Shown: positions 26,201 to 38,870, counted from the stretch's first letter. The stretch: DNA of 64,000 nt from Octopus sinensis (GCF_006345805.1 NC_043001.1:21142001-21206000), one strand, 5' to 3'. The notes: generated from the sequence alone by a model not told the origin. A program made the numbers and translations.

Positions 26201-29200
26201 CTGGTACTTAATTTATTGACCCCGAAAGGATGAAAGGCAAAGTCAACCTTGGCAGAATTTGAACTCAGAACATGAAGACAGGCAAAATGCCACTAAGCAT
26301 TTTACTTGGTGTGCTGACGATTCTGCCAGCTTTCTCATATTAAATCGTCATCATCATCACCATCGTTTAATGTCCGTTTTCCATGCTGGCATAGGTTGGA
26401 CAGTTTGATTGAGGTCTGGAAAGCCAGTAGCTGTACCAAGCTCCAATCTGATCTGGCAATGTTCCTACAGTTGGATGCCCTTCCTAACGTCAACCACTCC
26501 AAAAGTGTAGTGGGTGCTTTTTACATGCCACCAGCACAGGAGCTAGTCAGGTGACACTGGCATTGATCACGTTCAGATGGTGCATTTTACATACCACCAG
26601 TACGGGCCAGTAAGCGGGCACTGGCATCGGCCATGTTCAGATGGTGCATTTTACGTGCCACCAGCACAGGATTCAGTTGGGGTCACTAATGCTTTTACTA
26701 ATCCTGAGATAACAGGATGAAATAAGCCTTTCTTTCAGGATCTTAGAATGTCATGTTTTCTGTCAGAATTTTTTATATGAAGTAATCTGTATTGAAAATT
26801 GTGATATAGTAAAGATATTTGCAATCATTTTCCTATAAAATGTATCTTATAATTTTCTGACATATGAAAACCTGTAAGATTTTATTTTGATACAGTAAAC
26901 TTCAAAATATTCGTGTTTTGTATGATATATGTGATGTGTGTATGTATACTTGTTTCTGTGGGTTTTTTCCTTACAATGGTTGGGCAGTGCTGGCTTTGAT
27001 ACTTCAAATATTATGAATAATTGAATAATATCTAATATATATTAGATAGGCATAGGGGTGGCTGTGTGGTAGGTAGCTTGCTTACGAACCACATGGTTGC
27101 GGGTTCAGTCCCACTGCATGGCACCTTGGGCAAGTGTCTTCTACTATATCTCCGGGCCAACCAAAGCCTTGTGAGTAGATTTGGTAGATGGAAACTGAAA
27201 GAAGCCCGTCGTATATATGTATATATATGTGTGTGTGTCTGTGTTTGTCCCCCCCCCAACATCGCTTGAAAACCAATGCTGGTGTGTTTACGTCCCCGTA
27301 ACTTAGCGGTTCGGCAAAAGTGACCAATAGAATAAATCCTGGGGTTGATTTGCTCGACTAAAGGCAGTGCTCCAGCATGGCCACAGCCAAATGACTGAAA
27401 CAAGTAAGTAAAGAGTTGCTGCAACATTTTCAACCACGCTTGATATTCCTTTTCCCTGCGTATTGATAAGATACCAGAGTACCCATCACAAGGTTCAGTT
27501 CTGATCTTATTACAGGCCTTGTAAAATGCATAATGTTTGCTTTAGTATATCTCCTGGTAACAGGTTCCACTCCTCTTGCTTGGTTTTGTGCTCAGGGGAA
27601 GACATCCAGTTGTGAAAAATTAATACTTCAAGTGGGTGAAGATGTATAAATTTAAAATAGGAAAAAAAACCCATTTATGCAGACTACCCTGAATTACTCT
27701 TTTACTTGTTTCAGTCATTTGACTGCAGCCATGCTGGAGCACTGCCTTTAGTCGAGCAACTTGACCCCGGGACTTATTCTTTTTTGTAAGCCCAGTACTT
27801 ATTCTATCGGTCTCTTTTTGCCGAACCGCTAAGTGACGGGAACGTAAACACACCAGCATCGGTTGTCAAGCAATGCTAGGGGAACAAACACAGACACAGA
27901 ATTATTTCTATAAAACAATAAAAAGCTTTGTTTTAGAATTTTGCTTAATACAAGTGTATTTATCTGCTTTAAGAAGTTAGATGGCTGGCATAACTGTTGA
28001 CTTATCCCGATAAAATATTGATTTCTAACATTGGCACAAGCCACAAATTTTATAGGAAGATCAAAATCGAAATCGATCAACATCAATGGAAATTGTAGCT
28101 GTGATACCAGTGCTGGTGGCACGTAAGAGAACCATCCGAACGTGGCCATTGCCAGCGCCGCCCTGACTGGCCTCCATGCCGGTGGCACGTAAAAAGCACC
28201 ATCCAATCGTGGCCGTTTGTCAGCCTCGTCTGGCACGTAAAAAGCACCCACTACACTCACGAAGTGGTTGGCATTAGGAAGGGCATCCAGCTATAGAAAC
28301 ACTGCCAAATCAGACTGGGCCTGGTGCAGCCTCTTGGCTTCCCTGACCCCTGTCAAACCGTCCAACCCATGCTAGCATGGAAAGCGGACGTTAATCGATG
28401 ATGATGATGATACAGTCAGTCTTAGTTGGTAGTTTATTTTATTGACCCTGGGAGAATGAAAGGCAAAAATGACTGCAGTAGAATTTGAACTTGGTAGTGG
28501 AGGAGCTATAATTGAATACTACAAGACATTTTATCCAACATTCTAACAGGTCTATCCATCTCCCACCCTCCCAGTCAAATGTTTATCTTTAAACCTTTTG
28601 TTACTGTATTTATTTGGAGATGCTCTGTGTTTCTTTCAATTACTCCAAATATAACAAAGAATTTAGTAAAATAACTTAATTATCATTCAGATAGTGTTAG
28701 GAACATAAATTGCAACTGAGGTTTGGTGGAAGATTTTAATTCAGAACTTATGAAAACAAGACATTTGTACTATAGAGCCAGAGCCAGTTTTGGCCGGGTT
28801 GGTAACGAAAGGGTTAAGCAGTTTAATGCTTAAACCATTTTCTTGTAATTGTAAAATGCCACCTTAAACTGTTATTTGTTTACAGCTAGAATTTATATAT
28901 TTCTTTAGTTCATTGATTTGTGCATCCTCCTTGGCTGTGACTATTGTGATTCAATTCGTGGTATCGGTCCAAAACGTGCTGTGGAACTTATCAAACAACA
29001 TAAAAGCATTGAAACTGTTCTGGACAATTTAGATAAAAAGGTAAGGTGAACAATGTTTCATAAAATTTTATTTTAATGTGTAAATATATAAGGCGCAGGA
29101 GTGGCTGTGTGGTAAGTAGCTTGCTTACCAATCACACAGTTCCGGGTTCAGTCCCACTGCGTGGCACCTTGGGCAAGTGTCTTCTACTATAGCCTCGGGC

Positions 29201-32200
29201 CGACCAAAGCCTTGTGAGTGGATTTGGTAGACGGAAACTGAAAGAAGCCCGTCGTATATATATGTATATATATGTTTATATATGTGTGTCTGTGTTTGTC
29301 TCCCCAACATCGCTTGACAACCGATGCTGGTGTGTTTACGTCCCCGTTACTTAGCGGTTCGGCAAAAGAGACCGATAGGATAAGTACTAGGCTTACAAAG
29401 AATAAGTCCTGGGGTCGATTTGCTTGACTAAAAAGGCGGTGCTCCAGCATGGCCGCAGTCAAATGACTGAAACAAGTAAAAGATATATGGGTAAAATAGC
29501 ACAAATGGAATAAGGAAAATAAGAATTGGACAGTTGGAGAATACAATACCATACATTTGGTGTTTAGCACACATTTTCAAATTCATTTCATCTTGCTAGC
29601 CAATTTAAATGTACACCCTATTTTTGTGTTTTAAACAAAAAAAAAATAAATAAAATTAAAAAGTTTTTAAAAAATACAGAAGACTTTAAAATATCATTTT
29701 TCTATGTAAATATATAGATATATCACACATTCTGCATATGTGAATTGGATAGAAGAATGTACAACACATTTTCAAATGTTTCTGTTTTCGTTCAACCAAT
29801 CAAAATCTCAATGACTAATCCTATTTCAGTGTGTTTACAAGTATTTTAGCTTATATTATTATCACATTGTCCTTGTACTCAATCGTTTGAAATAGTCAGT
29901 AACACGAAACTGTGTCAATTCAAAAAAGCTTTAACATTTACTAAAATGTTTTTAACTGTGCAACTCAAAGTAGATAAAGCTATAAATAATAGCTTGTAGA
30001 ATATTGGATTGAAAAATGTCAAAGGTTGCCCATGTGTATGTGTATATATATATATATGGGGAGACCCCCTTTGGTTATGAATGACCATGGGATTGCACCT
30101 AGAAAATTACCCTCCAAGGCACAATTTTGGGCAAGGTTGTTTATGGAAGACCAGCAATCACCCATGCATAACAGCCTCCCCTCTCCAAAGGAAAGGCAAA
30201 GGGGCCGATACAGCTTGGCACCTGTGACATCGCAACTCATTTCTACAGCTGAGTGAACTGGAGCAACGTGAAATAAAGTGTCTTGCTCAAGAACACAACA
30301 CGCAGCCCAGTCCGGGAATCAACCTCACAATCGTAAGCTTAATGCTCTGACCACTGAGCCATGCACCTTCACATACATATAGATATACTGGAGTGGAGGC
30401 ACAATGGCCCAGTGGTTAGGGCAGCGGACTCGCGGTCATAGGGTCGCGGTTTCGATTCCCAGACCTGTTTCTGTTGTACCTGTATTTCAAAGGGCCGGCC
30501 TTGTCACTCTCTGTGTCACGCTGAATATCCCCGAGAACTACGTTAAGGGTACCCGTGTCTGTGGAGTGCTCAGCCACTTACATGTTAATTTCATGAGCAA
30601 GCTGTTCCGTTGATTCGGATCAACCGGAATCCTCGTCGCCGTAACCGACGGAGTGCTTCCGCAGATATACTGGTGACTAACACTGCTGATTCTAAGTGTC
30701 ATGTGTTGGTATTTATTTAGTTAGTTATATACTCACACACAGTTATATAGATTTGCAAGTTGATTACATTGATCCCAGTGTTCAACTGGGGGTTGATGTA
30801 ATTGACTTACCTCCTCCGCCAAACTTATTTTATCGATTCCGATAGGATGAAGGGCAAAGTCAGTCCCAGTGGAACTTGAACGCAAAATGATAAGATGCAG
30901 AAAATGCAGCTTAGCATCTTACCTGGCATGTTAACAGTTCTGCCAGCTCGCTACCTTATTCTCATTATTCAGTGTTCAATTTATTTATTTTGTCATAGAA
31001 TGAAACGTGCAGACAAACTATTTAATTTCTCTTAAGGGCTCTTAACCCTTTAGCATTTAAACTAGTGGTTCCCAAAGTGAGTGGTACTGTCCCCCGACCC
31101 ATGGGAGTAGTGGAAAGTAGTGGTGGTGGTGGTCATTGAAGAAAAGTGGGGCAATAATGGTGGTGGTCAAAAGGTGGGCAATAGATGTGAAAACAACAAA
31201 ATAATGGGTTGTGAATGTACAGTTGTTTTGAATTTGCTGCAGAAGGTGGTCTGTGGTGTTTGTTGTGGTAAGTTGGGGACAGGTGCTAAAAATGTGACTT
31301 GAGTGCCAAGGGGGCAGAGCCTGTAAAAGTTTGGGAACCAGAGATTTAAACCAACCTTAACCAACCAAATTATTCCACATATTTTATGTTCAAACTGGCC
31401 AGATCCAGCCTCTCACACCTTACCTTACAAGACAAAGAATCACATCATCAAAATCTTGAAGCTACATTATAATGCATGATTAATTGGAAAAAAATGTGAA
31501 TGTAGATAGAAATATTACTTTTGACAGAATAATCTGAATGTTGAAGAGTGAAATATTTTGTAAAGAGTACATGATGATTTATCTATAATTATTTTTTTTT
31601 TGTCTGTCTGCAGAAATATGAAATACCTGACAACTGGATGTTTAAAGTAAGTTATTCATTTTGCACCTGTTTACAAAATGTAATGTTTTGCATATTCTAT
31701 TATGAATATATCCATGCCTTTACCTAAAATTGAGTTCCACACAATGCATTTCAGGTTCAATCCCACTGCATGGCATTTTTGGCAAGCATCTTATACCGTA
31801 AATTCGAGTATAGTCCGTCCTTGAGTATAATACGCAGGGGATTTTTAGGGGGATATACCTCTGACAAACCTAAACTTTGTGTATAATATGCACCCCTTCT
31901 CTAACTTGAGTCAAGGAGGTCTATATAACGTCCTTGGTTTGTAAAACTGTATACGCTAACGTCCTTTATTATTATTGTATATATAACATAATGCAAACGT
32001 GTAGCTTTTTTGTGCATTTTGTTTGCAGAAAATAAAGAAGTAACAGTAATAACGTTTAATATATGTTGCTTATTGCAAGTTATGGATGACTCTTTTATGA
32101 CTTCGTTGCGTTCAGGCTTAGCTTAAGGTATTTTCGTGCACCACATCACAAAATGCATCTGAATAAACCTTACCTGACAGCAAATAGAGACTCGGACATT

Positions 32201-33752
32201 TCTTAGAAAATAATTTTCATTTTTAACCTCGTATATAGTATACACTAGGGATTTTGACGTTTTAAATTTTGGGGAAAAAATGCGGATTATACTCGAGGAT
32301 TTATGGTACTCTAGCCCTGGTTAACGTACCTGGGTCATACATATCATCACCTGGAAAAGATTTTCTAACTAGAAAGGGTATGGCCTGGTCAGCCTGTAAA
32401 TGACATGCATACGATCTGGTCATCAAATCTAAGTAGAGATTTCAAACTTAAAATCTTCGAAGCCACAGTCGAACCAATTCTACTATATGGCTCAGAAACC
32501 TGGACGTTATCAAAGAAGCTTGAGAGGCGGTTGGATGGAACTTACACTCGCCTCCTTATGAGAGCTCATAATCTCTCGTGGAGGCGTCATCCAACCAAAA
32601 TGCAAATATATGGGAAACTACCACCTGTATCATCTCTTGTGAAAGGTAGAAAAGTCCAGTTTGCTGAACATTGTTGTAGAGCTGAAAAAGAGGTAATTTC
32701 TACTCTTCTCCTCTGGAAGCCATCTACTCGCGATACCAGAGGGCGCACACTCTCCTACCCTGATGTAATCTCCAGGGATACAGGCATCCAGCGACAGGAC
32801 CTCCATAATGTTATGATGGACTGTGAAGTCTGGTGTAGCATAGTAAATTCCATTGTCTTGACCACTGTCGAACAATGATGATGATGACTCTAGCCCTGGG
32901 CTAACTAAAGATTTGTGAGTAAATTTTGATGACACAAACTGACTGAAGCCCTTATATATGTGTACTTTTATGTGTGTTATTGTCTCCTCATCTTAACCTT
33001 ACACAACAGATATGAAAAAATGTTGCTGTCCTACCAGTGATGTGCCTTGATTCTAGTCTTCAGTGAAAGCAAGCCCAGCCATGGGGAATATTACTTTGCT
33101 TGCAAACAGACGATGGTTGGCAACAGGAAGAGTATTGAGCCATAGAAAATCTGCCTCAACAAATTGTTTGACCCATGCAAGCATCTTTTCTTTCTTTCTT
33201 GAGACAGCATTCACCCGGGTTGGGTTGAGCTGGCTTCATTCATCCTCAATGCTGCATCTCTCACAAACGCCGACCAGGCTAACGACTGCGTGATCTCCAA
33301 CCACTCCTTATTCCAGCGGCGAACACTGTAGGCATGGAGACCTAGGTTGTCATCAGCCAGGTTTTTCGTTGTCCACCATTCGCCAAATATTCCTCATGTA
33401 CATCTCACCCATGCAAGCATGGAAAATGGATATGAAAATGGCTATGTTCATTATATTACCAACTTCTTTTTGTCATTGTAATGAATGTGATATATTTAGT
33501 TTTATTATTTTTCAGGAAGCAAGAAAGTTATTTCAGAAACCAGAAGTTACTGATCCTGTTTCGCTTGATGTGAGTAAACTATTAATTTGCCTTTAATATT
33601 ATATTTCTACATAATATTTCTACAGGAGTGGCTGTGTGGTAAGAAGCTTGCTTACCAGCCACATGGTTTTGGGCAAGTGTCTTCTGCTATAGCCTTGGAC
33701 AGACCAAAGCCTTGTGAGTGGATATGGTAGACGGAAACTGAAAGAAGCCCAT

Positions 33753-33821
<69 letters not shown>

Positions 33822-36686
33822 ATGTGTATGTATGTGTGTCTGTGTATACATTTCTGCATCTGTGTTTGCCCCCATCACTTAGCAGTTCGGCAAGAGTTCG
33901 GAAGCGAGCTACTTACCATGCAGCCACTCCTATGCCTATGTAACAGTTGTTAATAAAATTTGATGAAATTTAACTTTTTTTTCATTTTTATTTATTATTC
34001 AATAGCTAAAATGGATAGAACCCAAAGAAGAAGAACTAGTTAAATTTATGGTTGAAGACAAACAATTCAAGTAAGTTTAATTTTGTTTCTAGTATTTCTA
34101 GGATTGTGTGTCTAGTTTCCTAGGCTTCATTCTTAAGTTTGGCCAACCTTTTAATAAGATTTTTGGCTAAAACTGCACAACTATGGATGACATAGACTAA
34201 AAGAATTCCTCATATGACACAAATTAAGAAAGGAAAGGAAAAGTTGACATTAAAACAATTATGATGATGATAGGAACTTTTAACTGTACAATTGGTATTT
34301 CATGTGTTCAGTACGTTTCCCTTTTTTTTTTTTTTATCTCACATTTAGTGAGGACAGAATCAGAAATGGCATCAAGAAATTAAAGAAAGCTCGCCAAGGT
34401 TCAACGCAAGGAAGATTAGATAACTTCTTTCAAGTGACATCAGTAAATTCAACAAAGCGAAAGGTATCTATTGTTCACTTCATTAAACATTTTCTTTTGG
34501 TTAAATGCTTTATGTGGATACAGTCATTTTGTAGCCATATTTCTACATGTTTAAATAAACAGATAAAAATAGACAACTTGGAGGAATTTAATAAACAGTA
34601 CTCAAGACCTGCCAGTCACAACAGAATCGATATCCTAAAACCGTGTTAGTAATTAATATTTGTTCATGAGGGGCCCTGCCCTGTCAATCTTCTCCCTCCA
34701 CCGTCATTTCATCCCCTAACACCCATCGTTTCCTCTATCAGCTGAGAGCAGAACAGACACATACAAGCCCACTGCCTACTGTCCCCACCAATCACCTCCT
34801 TTCTGCACCCTCTCTCCCCTCGTACTGTTCTCCATCATAATATCTCACTTATCTGCTATCACACTCAATGCCCCCACATATCTACTGCCTCTGCTTCTGA
34901 GCTCTCTCTATTTCGCTCCATCATTTGCTACAGTTACCTCATCTTGCCCTCTTATCCAAATCAATCTTCTCTATGTCACTTGAAGGCATGTACCAACATT
35001 TCTGCCATTATATTTCACTAGCAGTATCACCCGGCGTTGCTCGGGTTTGTAAGAGAAATAACTATATAAGCATTTTTAGGGAGTTACTTCCCTTATATAA
35101 ACCGAGCAAAAAATGCATTAAAAATACGAAAAAAATTATGGTAAATTTTTTTTAAAATCGTAGACTCATTGTAGACGCATGCTAATACCCAGAAGGGCTC
35201 GATATGAATCACGACTATGATACCTGCTTTTGGTTAAACTGCACCACAAAATGTGGTAGTAGTTAGGAATCTAAGTCAGAGGAGACAGACTCTCACACAC
35301 ACAACTTCTGTTTTATATATAAAGATTATCGCTTCCTTTATCTTACTTTCCAACCCACTTTACTTTGTTTTTTAACTGGGGTATCCATGTATCTACCCTA
35401 CAGCAAGACACCTACATCTTTCCCCTCTATACATTAAATATCTCAACTAGAAATAAACCACACCGCCTCAATACTACTACTCCTCCCTTGCAATGGCCCA
35501 GTGGTTTGGGCAGCAGACTTGCGGTCATAGGATTGCAGTTTCGACTGGGCGTTATATTTATTGAGCGTAAACACATAAAGCTCCACGAGTCTCCGGCAGT
35601 GGGTGGTAACGAACCCTACTGTACTCTTTCACCACTATTTTCTCTCACTCTTTCTTCCTGTTTCTGTTGTACCTGTATTTCAAAGGGCCAGCCTTGTCAC
35701 ACTCTGTGTCACGCTGAATCTCCCTGAGAACTATGTTAAGGGTACACATGTCTGTGGAGTGCTCAGCCACTTGCGTGTTAATTTCACAAGCAGGCTGTTC
35801 CATTGATCAGATCAACTGGAACCCTCGTCGTCGTAACTGACTGAGTGCCATTGGTTGGTCCAGAACTATAGAAGACACTTTCCCAAGGTGCCTCACAGTG
35901 AGACTGAACTCCAAACCACATGGTTGTAATGAAAGCTTCTTCCACCACATAACCATTATTTACTGGTGGGAGATCTTTCTTACACCACTTCATCATTCAG
36001 TTCTTAGACCCCACACTGCAGATTTCCTCTGTAAAATCAAGGTAACTGCTGCCCATCTGAGAAATGAGGTGGAGTGCTTGTTGCAGGATGTGTCACTAGC
36101 CATTCTCTGCAGTAACACTTTTTTGCAATTATGTCCGTGGGGGGTGCAACTAAAACCCCCCCCCCACCTCCATGCTGTTTGACAGATCCTTTCTTTTCTT
36201 CATTGTTTCCTTAGTGAAGTAGCTATGGGGAATTTTTCTTGATAATTTAATCTTTTATGCTTTTAATGTGTTTTTTTGTTTTGTTCCTGTAAAAAAATAT
36301 GTTGATAAATTGTAATTCAAATTCTGTTGTGTCTGGGGAGAGTCATTTTCTTTTTGTGCCTTATAATGTAACACACTCACCAGTAAAATTTCCACTTATT
36401 TCTTATTTTTATTTTCCTAAAATTTTTTGTTGTGTCTTGCAACCTTTTCAATAGTCTTGACTAACACACAAACTCATATAAAGAATCTTGCAAACCAAAT
36501 CAAAAAATGTTTTGTCTAAAATATTTTTTATTCATTTTTGTCTAAAATATCTCTTATTCAGTTACATCTAATATATTTATCATTCAATATTCATCTGATG
36601 TCTTCATCATTTAATTTCAGTCTAATGATACGAAAGGTGACCCTAAAAAGAAAGCCAAAAACAACAGTTTCAAGAAAAAAAAGTAA
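11248..36686 (+). CDS. FEN1: Flap endonuclease 1, complete, 13 coding exons, 376 aa
   Basis: Exons 11248-11329, 17705-17807, 19039-19141, 20485-20548, 21482-21591, 23696-23832, 25748-25814, 28909-29040, 31614-31646, 33516-33569, 34006-34070, 34349-34463 and 36621-36686 total 1131 nt, are all GT-AG and are in phase. Motifs: [54 protein letters not shown] (H3TH), PIP box QGRLDNFF and a basic C-terminal tail. Confidence 0.98.
15238..15584 (-). mobile_element. tRNA/CORE-like SINE family C; related copies 6826-7070(+), 30050-30372(-), 46915-47145(+)
   Basis: Head GGCGCGTGGCT(C/T)AGTGGTT...TTC(G/A)ATTCC, then GTTGTGT(T/C)CTTGAGCAAGACACTTTATTTCACGTTGCTCCAGT(T/C)CACTCAGCT. Confidence 0.85.
19271..19621. 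mobile_element. MITE with GGAT(C)...GATCC ends; related copy at 50492-50890
   Basis: Terminal inverted repeats, plus shared internal sequence AACTAAACACTTTTAAACTTCGTATACTGGTAG...CAATTTCAACCAATCAATGACGT in both copies. Superfamily not determined. Confidence 0.7.
20690..21010 (-). mobile_element. RTE-type LINE fragment (decayed)
   Basis: [37 protein letters not shown] resembles RTE ORF C-terminus; the same peptide occurs at 38300-38870. Confidence 0.75.
24956..25216. mobile_element. hAT (Charlie-like) MITE
   Basis: CAGTGGTTCTCA...TTGAAAACTGCTG ends; TSD ATTTAGAA/ATTTAGAG. Confidence 0.6.
29092..29483 (+). mobile_element. tRNA-derived SINE family A (about 380 bp); other copies approx. 4990-5370(+), 13545-13830(-), 27049-27415(+), 27696-27900(-), 33620-33740(+), 39947-40290(+), 47383-47752(+), 49618-49993(-), 54715-54845(+), 62150-62549(+), 63748-63960(-)
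   Basis: Head GGCGCAGGAGTGGCTGTGTGGTAAG (A-box-like)...GGGTTCAGTCCC (B-box-like), then CCTTGGGCAAGTGTCTT, an internal (TA/TG)n tract and tail GGCGGTGCTCCAGCATGGCCGCAGTCAAATGACTGAAACAAG(TAAAAGAG)n. Confidence 0.9.
30396..30660 (+). mobile_element. tRNA-derived SINE family B; related copies 1383-1746(+), 35490-35850(+), 62971-63262(-)
   Basis: Head GGCGCAATGGCCCAGTGGTTAGGGCAGCGGACTCGCGG...GGTTTCGATTCCCAGACC with different 3' modules in different copies. Confidence 0.85.
31063..31343. mobile_element. hAT (Charlie-like) MITE nested in a P2 MITE
   Basis: TIRs TAGTGGTTCCCAAA / TTTGGGAACCAGAG; perfect 8-bp TSD ATTTAAAC at 31055-62 and 31344-51. Confidence 0.8.
31794..32308. mobile_element. pogo/Tigger-like non-autonomous DNA transposon
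   Basis: Inverted ends TACCGTAAATTCGAGTATA / TATACTCGAGGATTTATGGTA with TA termini. Confidence 0.6.
32321..32886 (+). mobile_element. 5'-truncated RTE-like LINE with target-site duplication
   Basis: [46 protein letters not shown]... followed by a (TGA)n tail. Flanked by the 13-bp direct repeat ACTCTAGCCCTGG at 32308-32320 and 32887-32899. Confidence 0.9.
33751..33840. repeat. Compound (TG)n(TA)n microsatellite; similar tracts near 6791-6825 and 10235-10292
   Basis: Directly visible dinucleotide runs. Confidence 0.9.
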
Positions 36687-36747
36687 ATGAATTTTATCCG
36701 AGAAAAATCATGTAACTTCTTCAAATTTAAACAGACCATATGTAGTA

Positions 36748-36753
36748 AATAAA
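36748..36753 (+). terminator. Candidate FEN1 polyadenylation signal AATAAA
   Basis: First AATAAA downstream of the FEN1 stop, about 60 nt after it; the hexamer is common in AT-rich DNA. Confidence 0.3.
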
Positions 36754-37860
36754 ATTCCAATTTTCGCTGCTTTTACCAATTTGCTCTCATTTTCTACATT
36801 AAAAATGTTTTATGTTGTCTTTCTTCAACAATACATACAAACTTATGTATTTTATGTATGTATATATGTACTGAACTGCTGTGCTAATTGTTTAGTCACA
36901 GGTCCAGGGCAAATATATTCTACTATAGCCCTAGGTCAACCAAAACCTTGTGAATGGATTTCATTGACAGAAACTGAAAGAAACCTGCCGAATGTGTGTA
37001 TATATATATATATATATATGTCTGGCCATGGGGAAATGATATCTTGCTTGAAAAGTAAGGATTGTTGACAGGAGAAGCATCCAGCCATAAAAAATGTCTG
37101 CCTCAATGAATTTCATCTACCCTTTGCAAGTATGGAAAAGTGGACATTAAATGATTATAAGTCATTTTATATCTATGAAATTTTACTTTCTGTGTATGAA
37201 CTTCAAACCAAATGCATCTCTATTCATCATTCTTCACAACAACAAAAACTCTAAGTAAAGGCAGCAAGCTTTGGTTAGCACATTAGGCAAAATGCTTAGT
37301 GGCATTTTGTCCATTTTTGTGTTCTGAGTTCAAATTCCGCCTGGGCCAGTTTCTTAGTGGATTGGTGTGAATCTTCATTCAATTGATTCTCATTGAAAGG
37401 AATGGGTCAACTTGGAACACAGTCTGTTAGATCAAATTATCTCTTCCTTTCGGTACAGTTCTTTCAGTAATGCTGCCTGCTGTATGCACAGCAAAAATGT
37501 TTCAAACAGCTTTGGAACCTTGAATGAAAGCAAAGAGAAGCAGGTGTCAAAAAGGCTCAGCAATTGTCATATGTCTGAAAGGAGGTATAATTTATTTAAA
37601 TTTCAAAAATGATAAAAGCTGTAGAGAAACAATAGAGCTACAAAAAAAAAAATTTTTTTTTCACATTAACCAAAATAACATTGGAAGAAAACAAACAAAT
37701 ATGTCTGACAATATAAAAACTAAATCTCTCAAATTACACGCCTGTCTTAAAGGAAAGATATGCTGGATATGCTAGTCCTAGATACACAAGATATGGGATG
37801 ATCATAGCTAGAATACCTTTTATTTGCTTGATCAGGACAGCTTTGGGACTAAAAAGGAAT

Positions 37861-38870
37861 CATCATTGTTTAACGTCTGCTTTCCATGTTGGCATCGGTT
37901 GGACGGTTTGACTGAGGTCTGGCAAGGTTTCTACAGCTGGATGCCCTTCCTGATGCCAACCTTTCCAAGAGTGTAGTGGGTGCTTTTTTACATAACACCA
38001 GCACAGGTGGCACTGGCATCAGCCACACTTGAATGGTGGTTTTTATGTGCCATTGGCACGGGTACTAGTCAAGCAACTCTGGCATTGACCACAACTATGA
38101 TCTTACTTGACTTGCCAAGTTTTCTCAATCACAGCATATCTCTAAAGGTCTCGGTCACTTGTCATTACCTATGTGAAGCCCAACTTTTGTAGGTTGTGCT
38201 TCACCACCTCACTCCATATCTTCCTGGGTCTACCTCTTGCACAGGTTCCTTCCACTGTTAGTGTGACACTTCTCAAAGTTGTCCTCATCCATATGCAACA
38301 TCTGACCATACTGGCACAGTCATCTCTCTTGCACACCACATCTGATACTTCTTATATCCAACTTTTCTCTCAGAGCACTTACACTCTGTCGTGTATGCAC
38401 ACTGACATTACACATCCAGTGGAGCATACGAGCTTCATTTTTTTCAAGCCTAAGCATGTCCTCGGCAGTCACAGCCCATGTTTCACTGCTCTGTAGCGTG
38501 GCTGTTCGCACACATACATCATACAGTCTACCTTTCACTCTGAGTGAGAGGAACCCTTTGTTACCAGCAGAGGTAGGAGCTCTCTGAACTTTGCCCAGGG
38601 TATTCTTATTCTAGCATCTGCTCTCTCAGAGCATCCACCCCTGCTACTGACTTGGTCACCTAGGTAACAAAAGCTATCAACTACTTCTGTTTTCTGTACA
38701 TCTTTGGTGCTTATTGCCCCCGTGCAGCTGCCACACACAAAAACTATCTTCCCAGTTAACCTTCCTTTAATATTGCTGCACCTCTTATGTGTCCATAGCT
38801 TATACCAGGTACATCTTATAGAGTTTCTACGTAGTCCTTTTCTACAGAGTGAGCAGGGGTATATGAGTGT
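37861..38870 (-). mobile_element. RTE-type LINE 3' fragment continuing into the (ATG)n-tailed repeat
   Basis: [67 protein letters not shown], with frameshifts; the 3' end matches SINE family D. Confidence 0.85.

Noticed and set aside
32405-32878. 157-aa ORF as a host gene nested in FEN1
   Set aside because: It is the C-terminus of an RTE-like ORF with tail and TSD, i.e. a truncated LINE.
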